Shown: positions 14,503 through 28,412 of the stretch, in pieces
How positions within the stretch are numbered: position 1 is the stretch's first letter
Layout: the number at the start of each line of letters is the position of its first letter
Made by a program: the position numbers and the translations under genes
Assembly (NCBI RefSeq): GCF_035084215.1
Contig: NC_090353.1
Coordinates: 13,082,001 to 13,146,000 of the forward strand
Direction of reading: 5' to 3'
Origin: Heptranchias perlo
Lineage: Eukaryota
Length of the DNA: 64,000 bases
Notes under the pieces: model-generated
The model's database searches: none
Seen by the model: only the letters and a program-made list of their open reading frames with translations
What the model was told of the DNA's origin: nothing

Positions 14503-15959
14503 CCCTTCTGATAGGCAGTTACTGGACAACCTTTTGTCCTTGAAGCAGTTTTTAAAATTCCTTTCCCTTCCCCCTCAAAGCAGACTAAGTTCAGTAGTTG
14601 CTGAAATATTTACCATGCGATATTGTCAGTACTGATGTACTTCTAAGGCTGTAAAGAGCTTTGGGACATCCTGAGGTCATGAAAGGCACTATATAAATGC
14701 ATGTCTTTCTTTTATCTGCTGCCAGTGGCCATATGGAGGTTTGGCTGTTGACAATTGAGAGTTGCTGTCAATGGCATGAAGCCCACCTGTTAGCAGTAAA
14801 CTGTGTTTCAATAGATAAAAGCACCTTCAACCTGTTCCTCCTGGTTACCCTGACCACCATCCCCCACCCAAGTTTTCTTCACCCTCTCCTGATGACCCTG
14901 TGTCATGCAGGGGTGCAGTTTTGCAACTGTTTTGCTATATCTCCCTCAAGCATTTGTGGTGCGTGATGTGCAAGGGCATGCATTTTTCCAACAGGAGTCA
15001 CTGGATAATGATCAGGAACGGGTGCCAAGGCTGAATTATTTTCCCCCTCCTGAACCAGGGGGAACCAAAGCCAATTGCAGTTCCCCCACTACTGCCGAAA
15101 CTGGGCTGAGCCAATTCAACACAGACCAGGGACTGATCCTGGGTCTGGAAAGCTCAGTCCGATACTTGGTAGCTCACTTAACAACTGAACTATGGGGTAT
15201 TCTTAACATGTTTTGTTTTTTTCTCTGCTCATGGCTGCTCACTGTGGCCCTGAAACTGCACACTTGCCGCAGAGTCAATGACTTTTACTGCCTGAATCGG
15301 AAATGGAAGCAGCCAGGGGACAGGAGTCCTGAAATAAAACAGCTGCTGTAAAGAAAAAACATTAATAAAGATCGGGTTCATTGGAGCGAGGCGCATGTTT
15401 GTTTTGTGGTTGGAGATATCGGCTGGCAGCAGCAGGAGGGACAAAAGGAATTTATTTTCTGTGATTTTTACAAAAAAGCGCACAGTGTAGAAAGAATTAA
15501 AGTGAAGCAAATAGTGACGGCTGTGTTGCTCCCCACAGTCAAATAGCCCATTCGCTGTATAGACTCACACACGTAGAATGGTAATCGTTGGCTTCCTAGC
15601 AAGAGGTCAGTGCCTTTGAGGGGAAGAAGGGAGAGGATTTGTGAGGGGGAGGAGAGTGGAGATGTGGAGCAGTTGAAGAATTCTTGCACCTTGAAGCAGA
15701 AGCTGTTTCACTGTAAGATACCGCTGCCCACGTTCTGAATTTGCCCTGTTTAAACTGCAGGGGTGTCAGAGACCAGTAGCGAGCCCAAGTCAGAGTCACG
15801 ACTTTCCCATTCAGTCAGCTGGGGCAATTTCACTGCTTTGTGCTACCGTGGGGAGCCTCGTCTTCTGAGAACGCGTCAGAAACCCAGGCCTGTGCTGCAC
15901 ATGGCTCCCTACCAGCAGCACAGAGTCAGGAAATTACCTCCATTTAAAAATTTTTATTC

Positions 15960-16643
15960 TTGTTTTCAAATCCCTCCGTGTACTTGACTCTCCCTACCTC
16001 TGTAACCTCCTCCAGCTCTACAACCCTCCGAGATCTCTGCGCTCCTCCAATTCTGGCCTCTTGCGCATCCTCGATTTTCATTGCTCTGTCATTGGCGGCC
16101 ATTCCTTCAGCTGCCTAGATCCTAAGCTCTGGAATTCCCTCCCTAAATCTCTCTGCCTTTCTACCTCTCCTCCTTTAAGTTGCTCTTTAAAACCTATCTC
16201 TTTGACCAAGCTTTTGGTCACCTGTCCTAGTATCTCCTTATGTGGCTCGGTGTCAGATTTCCTTTGATAACGCCTCTGTGAAGTACCTTGGGACATTGTT
16301 TCTCTGGTGGAGAGTTCAGAACAAGGGGGCATAGCCTTAAAATTAGAGTTAGGCCATTCAGGGGTGATGTCAGGCAGCACTTCTTCACAAAGGTAGTGGA
16401 AATCATGAACTCTCTCCCCCAAAAAAGCTGTTGAGCTAGGTCAATTGATAATTTAAAAACTGAGATTGATCATTTTTGTTAGGCAAGGATATTAAGGGCT
16501 ACGGAACCAAGTCGGGTAAATGGAGTTAAAATACAGATCAGCCATGATCCAATTGAATGGCGGAACAGGCTCGAGGGGCTGAACGGCCTACTCCTGTTCC
16601 TATGTTCCTTAAAGAGGCTATATAAATGCACGTTGTTGTTGTT
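15960..16643 (+). mobile_element. L2-type LINE 3' end interrupted by a CR1 3' fragment (~16299-16608)
   Basis: L2-like 3' sequence runs to ...GAAGTACCTTGGGACATT, then a CR1 tail ending TTCCTATGTTCC, then the L2 tail resumes with CTATATAAATGCACGTTGTTGTTG. Confidence 0.7.
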
Positions 16644-19514
16644 GTGTGTCCTCCCTGATGTCGGGGGAGGGTTCATGAAGACCAACCATATGAGAACCAT
16701 AGTACCGGCCTAAATGGAGAATGCCATCCCATAACCAAAGCAGCATTGTGACCCCAATGGCTGGCACTATCACCAGCCTCCATTTACATATGCCGTCAGT
16801 AGCACTTTTGCCTTTGGAGGCTAGGGGCGAACTGACTGTATGAGGTGCATGCCTCACCTCACGTATGTTACAGGGCTGCCTCCAGTGCGAGTTTGTAATG
16901 TACTGTATTGTATGGTTCCCTCGTCATATATGCATATAGTATGTGAGTTGTTTGAGAGTTTGAGGTTTGTGACTTCAGTCCTGGATTCCAGACCTTCCTC
17001 CACAGCTGGAGAAGGTCCATAGATGTCAGAGATTGGGATCCTGCATCACTGACTTGTACGAGCATACTGAGCATTCAGTAGTTGGTGGCAGCAAACCATC
17101 TTGCCTGCGGAGGCAGCCTTTATATTTACTGGTGCCCTGTGTGTAGCTCAGCACATCTTCAAAGGCACCAGGGGGTTGTAAGCTAATGCTGTCCGTGAGT
17201 TACAGGAATCCTTTTATGAGTGTGAAAGGCTTATAAATTTACGAGAACCAAAGTGCAATATACCGTGGATGGGTTTCTACGCATGTAAATTAGCTTCTTC
17301 AATGTTTTATAATACAGAACATTTATTTTTGTGGGGTATTTGAATACATTTTCTCCAGTACAATCCCCTCCACTTACACCGTCGGTGCTTATCACAGGCA
17401 GCCGCTTATATCGGTAAAATGGCGATAACCGTTTGCCAGTACCATTAGAGCTCATAACATATTAAGCGCGCCGGCTATATTGGACAGTATTTGACCCTTA
17501 TACCTTAACGCCTGGACAGTATTTAACCCTTATACCGATGTGCGATGTTCAGTTTTTAGCCCCTGCGAGGACTCCAGGAAGCGGCAGAGCTGCAGCGTGA
17601 CTCTCCCACGATTCTCTCTCTGCGGGCAGACTCGCTTTTTCAGTTGACGCTTCTCTAGGTCAGTACAGGAACTGACTGGAAGCTGCAACCAACACCAATC
17701 TGTACTTCAGTGACCAGTTCAACCCGCAGTGATCACAGCAGGTGGCAATTGATTTTACTGTCCACCACTTATAGCGGGTAAATCATGTTAACACCAAACA
17801 GTGGGGACTGTACTTTGGTATTTTTATCCCTATTTTTTCTCCATCTACCTGGCCTGCTCCTGGCAGCTGAGATAACCAGGGTTGGGGGGGGGTTGGCGGG
17901 ATCAGCCTGCTCCCAGGCCAGTGCTGGCGTCTCATGTAGCCCAACTACCACGAGATGCCAGAGACCACCCACCCTTGACTCTCCGCTCCAACTTGTCCCA
18001 CCCTCTGCTAAGGGGCAACGTTCCTTTCCGCTGCTCCCCACTTTGACGTGGCTCAGGTGGGAAATTGGGCTTCGAGGTACTTGGACCAGCGGCGTGCCCT
18101 GCTCGGTGGCCCTGAGCATTAGCGCACTGTCGTCTAGGCTCACACATGAAGAGGAGGGGGCACTTGGAGAAGGTGGGTTAGTGTGACTGGCGACTGTGGA
18201 ATCGAACCCCAGCAAGAGTCAGCACCTCCAGGGAGGAGGGGAGAAAACTGAGGAGAGGAATTAAAAATAGAAGAAACGAGTAACATTGATAGACCACAGA
18301 AAGATAGAACATGATTCCTATACTTCCTTTCACACTGAGTGTTTAACTTTGGCCTGTGTCCTCACAGAGTAGCTAAAGTCAAAATATAAATTAATAAATT
18401 AAAATATTACTTCATGGCATCTGTCAAATTATCAATCCAGTAAGATTTTTATGATAGTTTTTGTCTTCACAACAGTAATTACTTTGTAAAGCTCTTTGGG
18501 ATGTCCTGAGGATGTGGTAAGGTTACATACCTGGCAGTACGTGTACCCATCAGGCCAATGATGGACAGTTATGGTTGCATGCCCTCTCTGGAGGAAACAG
18601 TAACTAAAAGGCCAATAATAGCTTTATGCTGCATGGTGTTTTACAGACTAGCTGATTCGGTTTAGCTTTTACCAGTCACCGCTCAGGTCCTGATGTCAGC
18701 TGATGATGGTTTACGGAGGCTGTCCACATGAAAGGCACTGACATGGGGACCATTCTGTTCCCCTACTGTTGGTCGTGAAGATTAAAGCTTCTGAAACTCC
18801 AGCTCATGAATATTACATGAAGCTACTAATAGCACATGCCTCCTAATCAGCTCTCTTCTGTCTGCTGCTGGCATAAATGTTGGGCCTTTCTTAAGGGAAT
18901 TCTTTTAACCAGTTTACAGCACGCGTTTGAGTAATGTGTAGCAACTCTTTTTTTGTGTTGCCAAGTCACCCCCTCCCTACCCTGGTGGCCTTGACTCAAA
19001 CTGGAGGGTCGTTCCGTGGGCTCCAGTCACTCAGGTGCCTCGTCCAAGTGCTTTTGTTCCTCATCTGTGAGTCCAAGCAGCCTCTTGTGTATCCAAAAGT
19101 AGTTTAACTTGTTCATTCCTAAAGACGCCATTTGGCATCGCTCCCACTGCAATAACAGCCATGCTTCAGGATAACAGCAGATGGTGTCGTTATTGCTAGG
19201 CAGAAGCAATGGTGGGGAGGATCCAATTGCACACATTAGGTTTGAATTTCTGCCAATTCTGGAACCTACCCCCCTCTCCAGCTCTTTTACATCTACTACT
19301 TCATTAGCTCGAATCGGGCAGCACTGGGTTTACCAGCCGGTGATCCTACTACAAAAGATAAAACCACTTCCTGATCGATATCTTGGATTTCTTACATTAC
19401 CTTTACCGTGTGAAGTGGCTGCCACTCGAAGGCATTTCACAATGTGCTTCAGCCCCTGGTGCTCCTCCCCAACACGTGTTCGGAAAAGCTAAGCAGCTGG
19501 AATGGCCTTCCCAG

Positions 19515-19763
19515 CAGGGTTGCCAACTCTGGTTTGGACGTGTTCCTGGAGGTTTCGTCACATGACCTCCTGCCTCCAACCGCCCCACCCAGTCAAACAG
19601 CCTTGTTTCCCTAATAATAGCTAATTATACCTAATAAAAGAGTTTAAAGAAAATGAAAAAAAAAACATTTTTTTTCAATGCCTTCTATGATTTTTCTCCC
19701 GGGTTTTGCTCACAGCAGTGTCCAGGAGATTAATCCTTAATTCCTGGAGGGTTTGCAACCCTA
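19515..19763 (+). mobile_element. hAT-type MITE, internally deleted copy
   Basis: TIRs CAGGGTTGCCAAC / GTTTGCAACCCTA with a perfect 8-bp TSD CTTCCCAG. Confidence 0.85.
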
Positions 19764-20993
19764 CTTCCCAGTGGGTATACCACTGTTCTGCATAATAATG
19801 GAAGAGGAAGAGGAGCAGCAGAAGCAAGAGGCTCTGAGAGTGAGGCATTATGACAGAAGATAACACACATCTTTTTCCACCATATTGGTGGCGCTGTATT
19901 TGCGTTTGTTTTGCATCGGTGTCGGCTAATGAGCTACACAGGAAATTTGGGGTAAGTTCCTGTCGGCAAGATCAGCGTGGAATCCAACCTAAATTTCGGC
20001 ATTATTTCAGCGTAAATGGCATCGAGGAAATTCCAGGCCACTGTGTGGTTTTTCTTTTCTAATTTTGGTTGCCATGTTCATGCCCCTTCATGAGGCTACA
20101 CCTCCCATCTTCATGAATTTAACGATCATTCACTTATGGGGGTTAAGAGGGAGGCAGACAGACCGTCACTCACTCCTCTAAATGTCTCCGCCACTGAATG
20201 CTCCGTGTGATGTGCTCCTAAAAGCCACACAGGTTCAATTCCCGGTTGTGCTGTTCACTGCTCTCAGCTGTTGGGGTGCTGCAATTGGCCTCAGTGCCCC
20301 AAGGCTAGGGAAGAGGAAAAAAATCGGCCAGGATCCCTGCTCCTGATCGCTATCAGGTGGCCCCTGCTGGGAAGTGTGAGTTTCTAGATGTCAGGTGAGG
20401 ACCAGATTGGCCGAGAGGGTGACCAGGCTTGGCTATGCAATGTCCTTAGAATTGTACCTCAGTGTGGTCAAGAGAGGAGAGAAAAAAAGCATCAAAATAT
20501 TGAGCCCAACAAGCCCGTCCCTTTTTGATAGATCAATCCAACCGAACCAACTTCTCACCAGACCTCTCAATCCCTTCTCCTTCTACCCGCTCGAGGGTAC
20601 TAATACCCTTCAGGGTTACATAAATGCATCTAATCAGGATATGAGTGGGGGAAGGGAAGTAAGTAGAGAGGGGTTGATGTTTTGTTTATTTTTATTGAAG
20701 GGTTAATGATTAAAAGTGTACACACACGGGACTGTCTGATATCTAATTATATGCTGAATTATGGTGGTGCACAATGAATCAGCTTCATGCCAGGATTTGG
20801 CATTAGTTCTTCCCCAATGCCCCTGTATCCCGATATAGTCAGTACCTTGTGCGCATTTCGCCTGTGTATTTTAACCTCAGTGTTAGGCTCACGCATGATT
20901 AACACCTCTACAATGTTTATTTTCCCTGTAGCTCATTTGATTTTGTTGGTAACCCCACTTAAAGGATGCTATTGTTCCACCTGGGATATAAAA

Positions 20994-21230
20994 TGTGGAG
21001 ATGCCGGTGATGGACTGGGGTTGACAATTGTAAACAATTTTACAACACCAAGTTATAGTCCAGCAATTTTATTTTAAATTCACAAGCTTTCGGAGATTTT
21101 CTCCTTCCTCAGGCAAATGTTTCAAGATCTTGAAACATTTGCCTGAGGAAGGAGAAAATCTCCGAAAGCTTGTGAATTTAAAATAAAATTGCTGGACTAT
21201 AACTTGGTGTTGTAAAATTGTTTACAATTG
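20994..21230. mobile_element. Non-autonomous Penelope-like mini-element forming a perfect 206-bp palindrome (21025-21230)
   Basis: The arms are exact reverse complements centred at 21127/21128. There is a 12-bp TSD TGGGATATAAAA (20982-20993, 21229-21240). The tail is the reverse complement of the terminus of the Penelope element at 45703-45731. Confidence 0.85.
21137..21177 (+). ncRNA. Minimal type I hammerhead ribozyme-like motif (mirror copy on the - strand at ~21078-21118)
   Basis: AUUUGC-CUGAGGA-A-GGAGA(AAA)UCUCC-GAAA-GC-U-U-GUGAAU contains both core boxes, stem II, a palindromic micro stem III, and stem I AUUUGC/GUGAAU. Confidence 0.6.
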
Positions 21231-23261
21231 GGATATAAAAGACTGCACTGCCGCCTCCCACCTCTCCTGCCGTCATTCTTTGCTGGGGTATAAGGGCCAC
21301 AGACATCGGCAGCGCTTCAGTTCCACGCCCAAAAAAGCTATTCTTTGCGTATGGGGCAAGTTTTGTGCTCCGAAGGTATTCAAGGCCCTGCTCTCTGCAA
21401 GGCCAATACGCAGGTCATTAGTGGAACACACACTTCTGTTTTCAAATTGTCTTTTACTGATTGTCACTGGCATACCGTTCCACGAGAACAAGTGTCTCTC
21501 TGCTACCTCACTGAGGGCAATTCTGGTACTCCTACCATGGCCCTAGCTGCTATCCACCCATTCAACACAGACCAGGGATCAAACTGGAGCCTTCCTGGTC
21601 TATACAGCGTAAATACCAACCTGGAGAACCAGCAAAAACTTTGCAATGGGGCACAAGCTTGTTATTTAAGCTGTGAGTATACCCAATGTTCCTTCACTTA
21701 AGTACATAAAAAGCTGAAGAGGTACACGTATTGAAGGCAAAAGATTTATTTTCTACGGGTATCTGGGGCATGCTTTCCTCTCTCCCCCAAATGCTGTTCT
21801 TTCTCTGCCCCCCTGTGCTGATTGTGTTCCATAAATGCAGATAGGGTACCCAGAACACTGACTGCCTGTGTCAAACGCAGATGGTTGGCGATAGGGCTCT
21901 GTTTGACGACTGCAACTATAACTGTGCAGTAACTACCCACGGAGTCATGGATGGAAAATGGAGTTTAGATTTCTTAATTTTAAACTAAAGTTAGAAATGT
22001 GCAGAGTGAGTACAGAGAGTGACAGATTCAGATTCATATCATGCATAACTGTCCTCTGCCAAAGAAAGAGTCATGTTATTAAAAATGTATTTTTACTCTC
22101 CTGCATATCAAGATTTCATATTCTTCTAAATTATTTTTGCTGACATATGGGCCAACTTCTGTTTTTATTTTCCCAACTTGGAGTGAAGAAAGCCCGTGGA
22201 TCAAATCCCTGTGTTGCAACCTTTTGAAAGCACCCCTAGTATGCCCCTTTTATGGACCATGGTTAACAAGTGTTAGATGAGCAGTGAATTCATGATTGAG
22301 CTGTCTACAGCAACAGGACTACACCCCGGTTGAGTAATAGCCTTTTGGAAACCATAACAAACCAATTTAAGAAAAAGCTGGCTGAGGAAAGCTGATACTA
22401 AGAATGTTATCCCTGGACATTATGTAGCTGAATGATTCAGAATAGCTTGGAGCGACTGTCATAAATTTGGATTTGAACTGCCCGCTTTACACTTATTCAT
22501 TCAACTGATTCAGTTCCTGGCCAGCAGCTCAAAACTGTTTGAGAATGCAAATAACTGAACAGTGGATCCAATTTATACCTCGCTTTTTGCAAAGAGATAA
22601 ATCTGGGTCCGTTTCTCTGTGCATAAGTCTAGGCAACAAGTGTCGGGATATTGCGGCTCAAGCTAACCCTGCCCTCACTCGCACTTTTCAGGAGGGATTG
22701 GCACAGAGCAAACAGGAGTCCTGGCTGATATTTTTCCTAATCCAGGACACTGAAATCATGATATCACTTCCAACTACTCGGCCTGCTGAGATCAGCTAAC
22801 TCGGCACAAACCAGGGATCAATAAACTTCATACCCCAAACAGGCTGTGCATTTGCCCATTAGGCCATTGAGGGAGCTTATTATGTGATTTTAATAGTATT
22901 ACCCTCCAATGTTACCTTCCTACATTACAACAGTAACTACTGTACACTTCAAAAGTACTTCATTGGCTGTAAAGCGCTTTGGGACGTCCTGAGGTGGTGA
23001 AAGGCACTATATAAATGCAAGTTCTTTCTTTCTTTCTATGCAATGATGAAGGTTTATAAACAAGTGAAGGAGTTAGCTTTAATTTCCAATAATATTTTGA
23101 TTTAGTTTTGTCTAATATGTAAATAGTCCATGAACAATGGCACCCATTGAGTTTTACACACCTATTCTGAGTTCTTTGACTCCAAACAATCCCAACCTTT
23201 CTCACATTCTTCTGTTTCTACAATTATCTATCCAATTCATTATTGCCCTGTTGAGCCAAAG

Positions 23262-23552
23262 AACCATAGACGGTTACAGCACAGAAAGTTATTTGGCCCA
23301 TCTTCTCTGTACTGGTTCTCGGCTAGAACAACCCAAAACTACTCCCAGAGTCCTGCTCTCTCCCCCCGTAGCCCTGTATCTTCCTTTGTTTCAAAAACTT
23401 AAAAAGTGCAATGACCTGACTCTTTGTGTGAAGACATTTCTCTTAACCCCTCTGCTTACTCTCTTAGTGACAAGTTTAAATTGATGACCCCTCACCACTG
23501 ACTCCCCATCCAGAGGAAATAGTCTTTCCCTAGTCACCCTATCAAAACCCTA
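23262..23552 (-). mobile_element. Degenerate CR1 3' fragment
   Basis: Reverse-complement CR1 tail (catagacggttacagcacagaaag...ggcccatc) and GFDRV-type coding remnant. Confidence 0.55.
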
Positions 23553-24694
23553 CCTCCTTTTGGTTCACCTCATACACTTTTCAAATTCAAAGTGTAAGTA
23601 TTGTACATTTTCTCTGATAATTAAGAGCCAATTCTCCCAGATTTTAAAATCTCGGATAATCGAAAGTGTTACATCAAGGGATATATCTTCCAATTGATGA
23701 AATCCATACTAATGTTTAATCTATTCCCTGTGCGCTATTTTAGGCAGGCATTAACAGGTTTATTTTGAAATGCATCTCCAAATCCCTGCCTGTTACTAAT
23801 CCCTTGTCAGACTTCCTCTGAGGCCTGTCTGATCTGTCTGTGATAGACTAATATTTAATTTGACACAAGTTGTGGTGCTTAATTATCAATTCTGTAAATA
23901 TCCATTTCATTCCCAAAACGTTAACTTTCTAATTATGCTTCATTTCCTTCCACTAATTTCATTGCCCCTTTTCCTGAACCCACTGCCTCATGCCAGTTCC
24001 AGAGCTGACTGCCTCTCTCTGGTAGCTCGCCCAGGCACCCATTCTTGAAGTGTGAGCCTATACAATGAGCACCTGCAGACTGTTTGATCATGGGGCACAT
24101 AACACCTACGCCCAGTCATGTCCTCACTCGACCTGCACATTGTTGTGCTGCATTCTCCAACAAGGGTCTTTGGATAGTGTTCAGGAGTGGGGACGATGAC
24201 TGATTTTACACCTCTATTGTCCAGGAATGCTGAGGCCAATTATAGTCCCCTTTCTTCGAGGGGTAGGGGAGTCTTTTTTTCAGAAAATGAATGGGGAAGC
24301 AGTCAGATTTCTCTAGAATTGAAATATTTTTATTGAGAAACCCAGGTGAAGTAGTTCATGTCCACAGTACAGTCCATCGTCAAGGGTGAAAAGAGTGGAA
24401 GAGAAGGCGAGGTGAATCAGGAAGCAGTGCTGGGTGCCAGCAGGATAGAAGGCAATGACTTGTCGACTGTTGGTGCTGCTACCTAATTTCTTCCTCCCAT
24501 TACTGTAATGTCAGTTTTCCACCCTTCCCCTATGAGAAGCACAGGAGCAGTTGGAATGATTCAGCCTATGGAGGGGTGATGGCTCTATTCCCCGACAGCC
24601 CAGCCAAGATCACGCACTCACAAAGGGGAAGGTTTCCTCTTTGCGCTATTTGTAATGAAGTCATAGACACGTTCTTTATAAACAATTACAATTT

Positions 24695-27400
24695 CACTAC
24701 ACATACCATATAGAGATCACGCCATCACTACACATACCATATAGAGATCACCCCATCACTACACATACCATATAGAGATCACCCCATCACTACACATACC
24801 ATATAGAGATCACGCCATCACTACACATACCATATAGAGATCACCCCATCACTACACATACCATATAGAGATCACCCCATCACTACACATACCATATAGA
24901 GATCACCCCATCACTACACATACCATGTAGAGGAGATCACCTCATCACTACACATACCATGTAGAGGAGATCACCTCATCACTACACATACCATGTAGAG
25001 ATCACCCCATCACTACAGATACCATATAGAGATCACCCCATCACTACACATACCATGTAGAGGAGATCACCTCATCACTACACATACCATGTAGAGATCA
25101 CCCCATCACTACAGATACCATGTAGAGGAGATCACCTCATCACTACACATACCATGTAGAGATCACCCCATCACTACAGATACCATATAGAGATCACCCC
25201 ATCACTACACATACCATGTAGAGATCACATCATCACTACACATACCGTAGAGATCACCCCATCACTACAGATACCATGTAGAGATCACCCCATCACTACA
25301 CATACCATATAGAGATCACCCCATCACTACACATACCATATAGAGATCACCCCATCACTACACATACCATCTAGAGATCAACTCATCACTACACATACCA
25401 TGTAGAGATCACCTCATCACTACACATACCATGTAGAGATCACCTCATCACTACACATACCGTAGAGATCACCCCATCACTACACATACCATGTAGAGAT
25501 CACCTCATCACTACACATACCATGTAGAGATCACCTCATCACTACACATACCATGTAGAGATCACCCCATCACTACACATACCATGTAGAGATCACCCCA
25601 TCACTACACATACCATGTAGAGATCACCCCATCACTACAGATACCATGTAGAGATCACCCCATCACTACACATACCATATAGAGATCACCCCATCACTAC
25701 ACATACCATGTAGAGGAGATCACCTCATCACTACACATACCGTAGAGATCACCTCATCACTACAGATACCATATAGAGATCACCCCATCACTACAGATAC
25801 CATATAGAGATCACCCCATCACTACACATACCATGTAGAGGAGATCACCTCATCACTACACATACCGTAGAGATCACCCCATCACTACACATACCATGTA
25901 GAGATCACCCCATCACTACAGATACCATATAGAGATCACCCCATCACTACACATACCATGTAGAGATCACCCCATCACTACAGATACCATATAGAGATCA
26001 CCCCATCACTACAGATACCATGTAGAGATCACCCCATCACTACAGATACCATGTAGAGATCACCCCATCACCACACATACCATATAGAGATCACCCCATC
26101 ACTACACATACCATATAGAGATCACCCCATCACTACAGATACCATGTAGAGATCACCCCATCACTACAGATACCATGTAGAGATCACCCCATCACCACAC
26201 ATACCATATAGAGATCACCCCATCACTACACATACCATATAGAGATCACCCCATCACTACACATACCATATAGAGATCACCTCATCACTACACATACCAT
26301 GTAGAGATCACCTCATCACTACACATACCGTAGAGATCACCCCATCACTACAGATACCATGTAGAGATCACCCCATCACTACACATACCATGTAGAGATC
26401 ACCCCATCACTGCACATACCATATAGAGGAGATCACCTCATCACTACACATACCGTAGAGATCACCTCATCACTACAGATACCATATAGAGATCACCCCA
26501 TCACTACACATACCATATAGAGATCACCCCATCACTACACATACCATATAGAGATCACCTCATCACTACACATACCATGTAGAGATCACCCCATCACTAC
26601 AGATACCATGTAGAGATCACCTCATCACTACACATACCATATAGAGATCACCCCATCACTACACATACCATATAGAGATCACCCCATCACTACAGATACC
26701 ATGTAGAGATCACCTCATCACTACACATACCATATAGAGATCACCCCATCACTACACATACCGTAGAGATCACCTCATCACTACCGATACCATATAGAGA
26801 TCACCGCATCACTACACATACCATGTAGAGATCACCCCATCACTACAGATACCATGTAGAGATCACCTCATCACTACACACACCATATAGAGATCACCCC
26901 ATCACTACAGATACCATGTAGAGATCACCCCATCACTACACATACCATGTAGAGGAGATCACCTCATCACTACACATACCGTAGAGATCACCTCATCACT
27001 ACAGATACCATATAGAGATCACCCCATCACTACAGATACCATGTAGAGATCACCCCATCACTACAGATACCGTAGAGATCACCTCATCACTACAGATACC
27101 ATGTAGAGATCACCCCATCACTACAGATACCATGTAGAGATCACCTCATCACTACACATACCATATAGAGATCACCCCATCACTACACATACCATATAGA
27201 GATCACCTCATCACTACACATACCATATAGAGATCACCCCATCACTACAGATACCATATAGAGATCACCCCATCACTACACATACCATGTAGAGATCACC
27301 CCATCACTACAGATACCATGTAGAGATCACCCCATCAATACACATACCGTATAGAGGAGATCACCTCATCCCCTTCACTACACATACCACGTAGAGATCA
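24695..27400. repeat. 31-bp tandem satellite/minisatellite, about 87 copies
   Basis: Unit ATRTAGAGATCACCYCATCACTACASATACC, with recurrent +3 (GAGGAG) and -2 (CCGTAG) variants. Confidence 0.97.
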
Positions 27401-28011
27401 GAGCCCTAAGACTGTCTATGTATTTTCCCATTATAGTAATTTTCAGTCTTTTTTAGTCGGTCTCGGTGCCTGGAAACCATCATCTAATAAGTTTCTGTAG
27501 GCACGATGTTAACCCTTCATGCCCCAAAGGCCAGTTTACCCATCCAGGCGCTGTTGTGCTGTGGGGATCCACAAGCTGTTATATGTAGAGATAAACATAT
27601 CAAAAACTGTCAGGGTCACACCACCAACTGACCTTGTCAATCTTCTGGGCTTAATCATTTGATTCACAGAAAGGACCCTCTGTGTAACCAGCTTTCAAGC
27701 AAACAGATGGCAACTTTGTAAACTCACTCCCGAATCCAAAATGGCGATGGTAGCAGGAAGGCACCAGAAACAATTTCTTTTGGTCAGCCAGGTGTCCAAA
27801 CATGTGAAAGCCCACCATCATGTTCAAGAGTCTCTAAACCGAGCTACTAAATAAAGCTTCCATGATAGGGACTGTGCATTGTGTCGCCATTGAAATTAAT
27901 GGGGTGACAATCGGTCGGGTTCTAAAGCGGGCGGGTGGTGAAAGTGAAAATGACCCCCAATCTGTCTACCTTTGCTCAATTGTTATTTGATGGCCAAGGA
28001 AAGGCAGGGCT

Positions 28012-28025
28012 GTTGCTATAGAAAC
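28012..28025. promoter_or_regulatory. Candidate RFX X-box
   Basis: GTTGCTATAGAAAC, with a second half-match GTTGCTATGG at ~28087. Confidence 0.35.
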
Positions 28026-28412
28026 TCCTGACCAATACTGTGTGAAATTGTAGGCTGTACAGTAAAGCTTCGAATCGGGCTGCGTGTTGCTATGGCCCTC
28101 ACAGTGATGAGGGGGTCTAATGATAACAGAACTTTAGGATTGATCGCTTGTGACTGAAATTCAATTACAATGAAGCGAACGTTCACACAAGATTAGTTAG
28201 CAATATTGATGATTTAAATTCCTATGCTAATGAACAGTGGAAAATACTATTGTGCGCCTTTGTTTTAACTCATAATTTGTTTTACTTAATTGGAGTCACA
28301 TATAAGCAGAGGTGGCCCCGTACTAAACCCATCGATGGGGATTCGGGCTCAGGTCTGGTTACACAGGTGCCAGCCGACAATCCAGGAGCCCATTCCCATG
28401 TGTGAGCTCAGA

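Noticed and set aside
24695-27400. Regular ~31-bp repeats resembling a CRISPR array
   Set aside because: The units are head-to-tail with no unique spacers, there are no cas genes, and the context is a vertebrate intron; it is a satellite.
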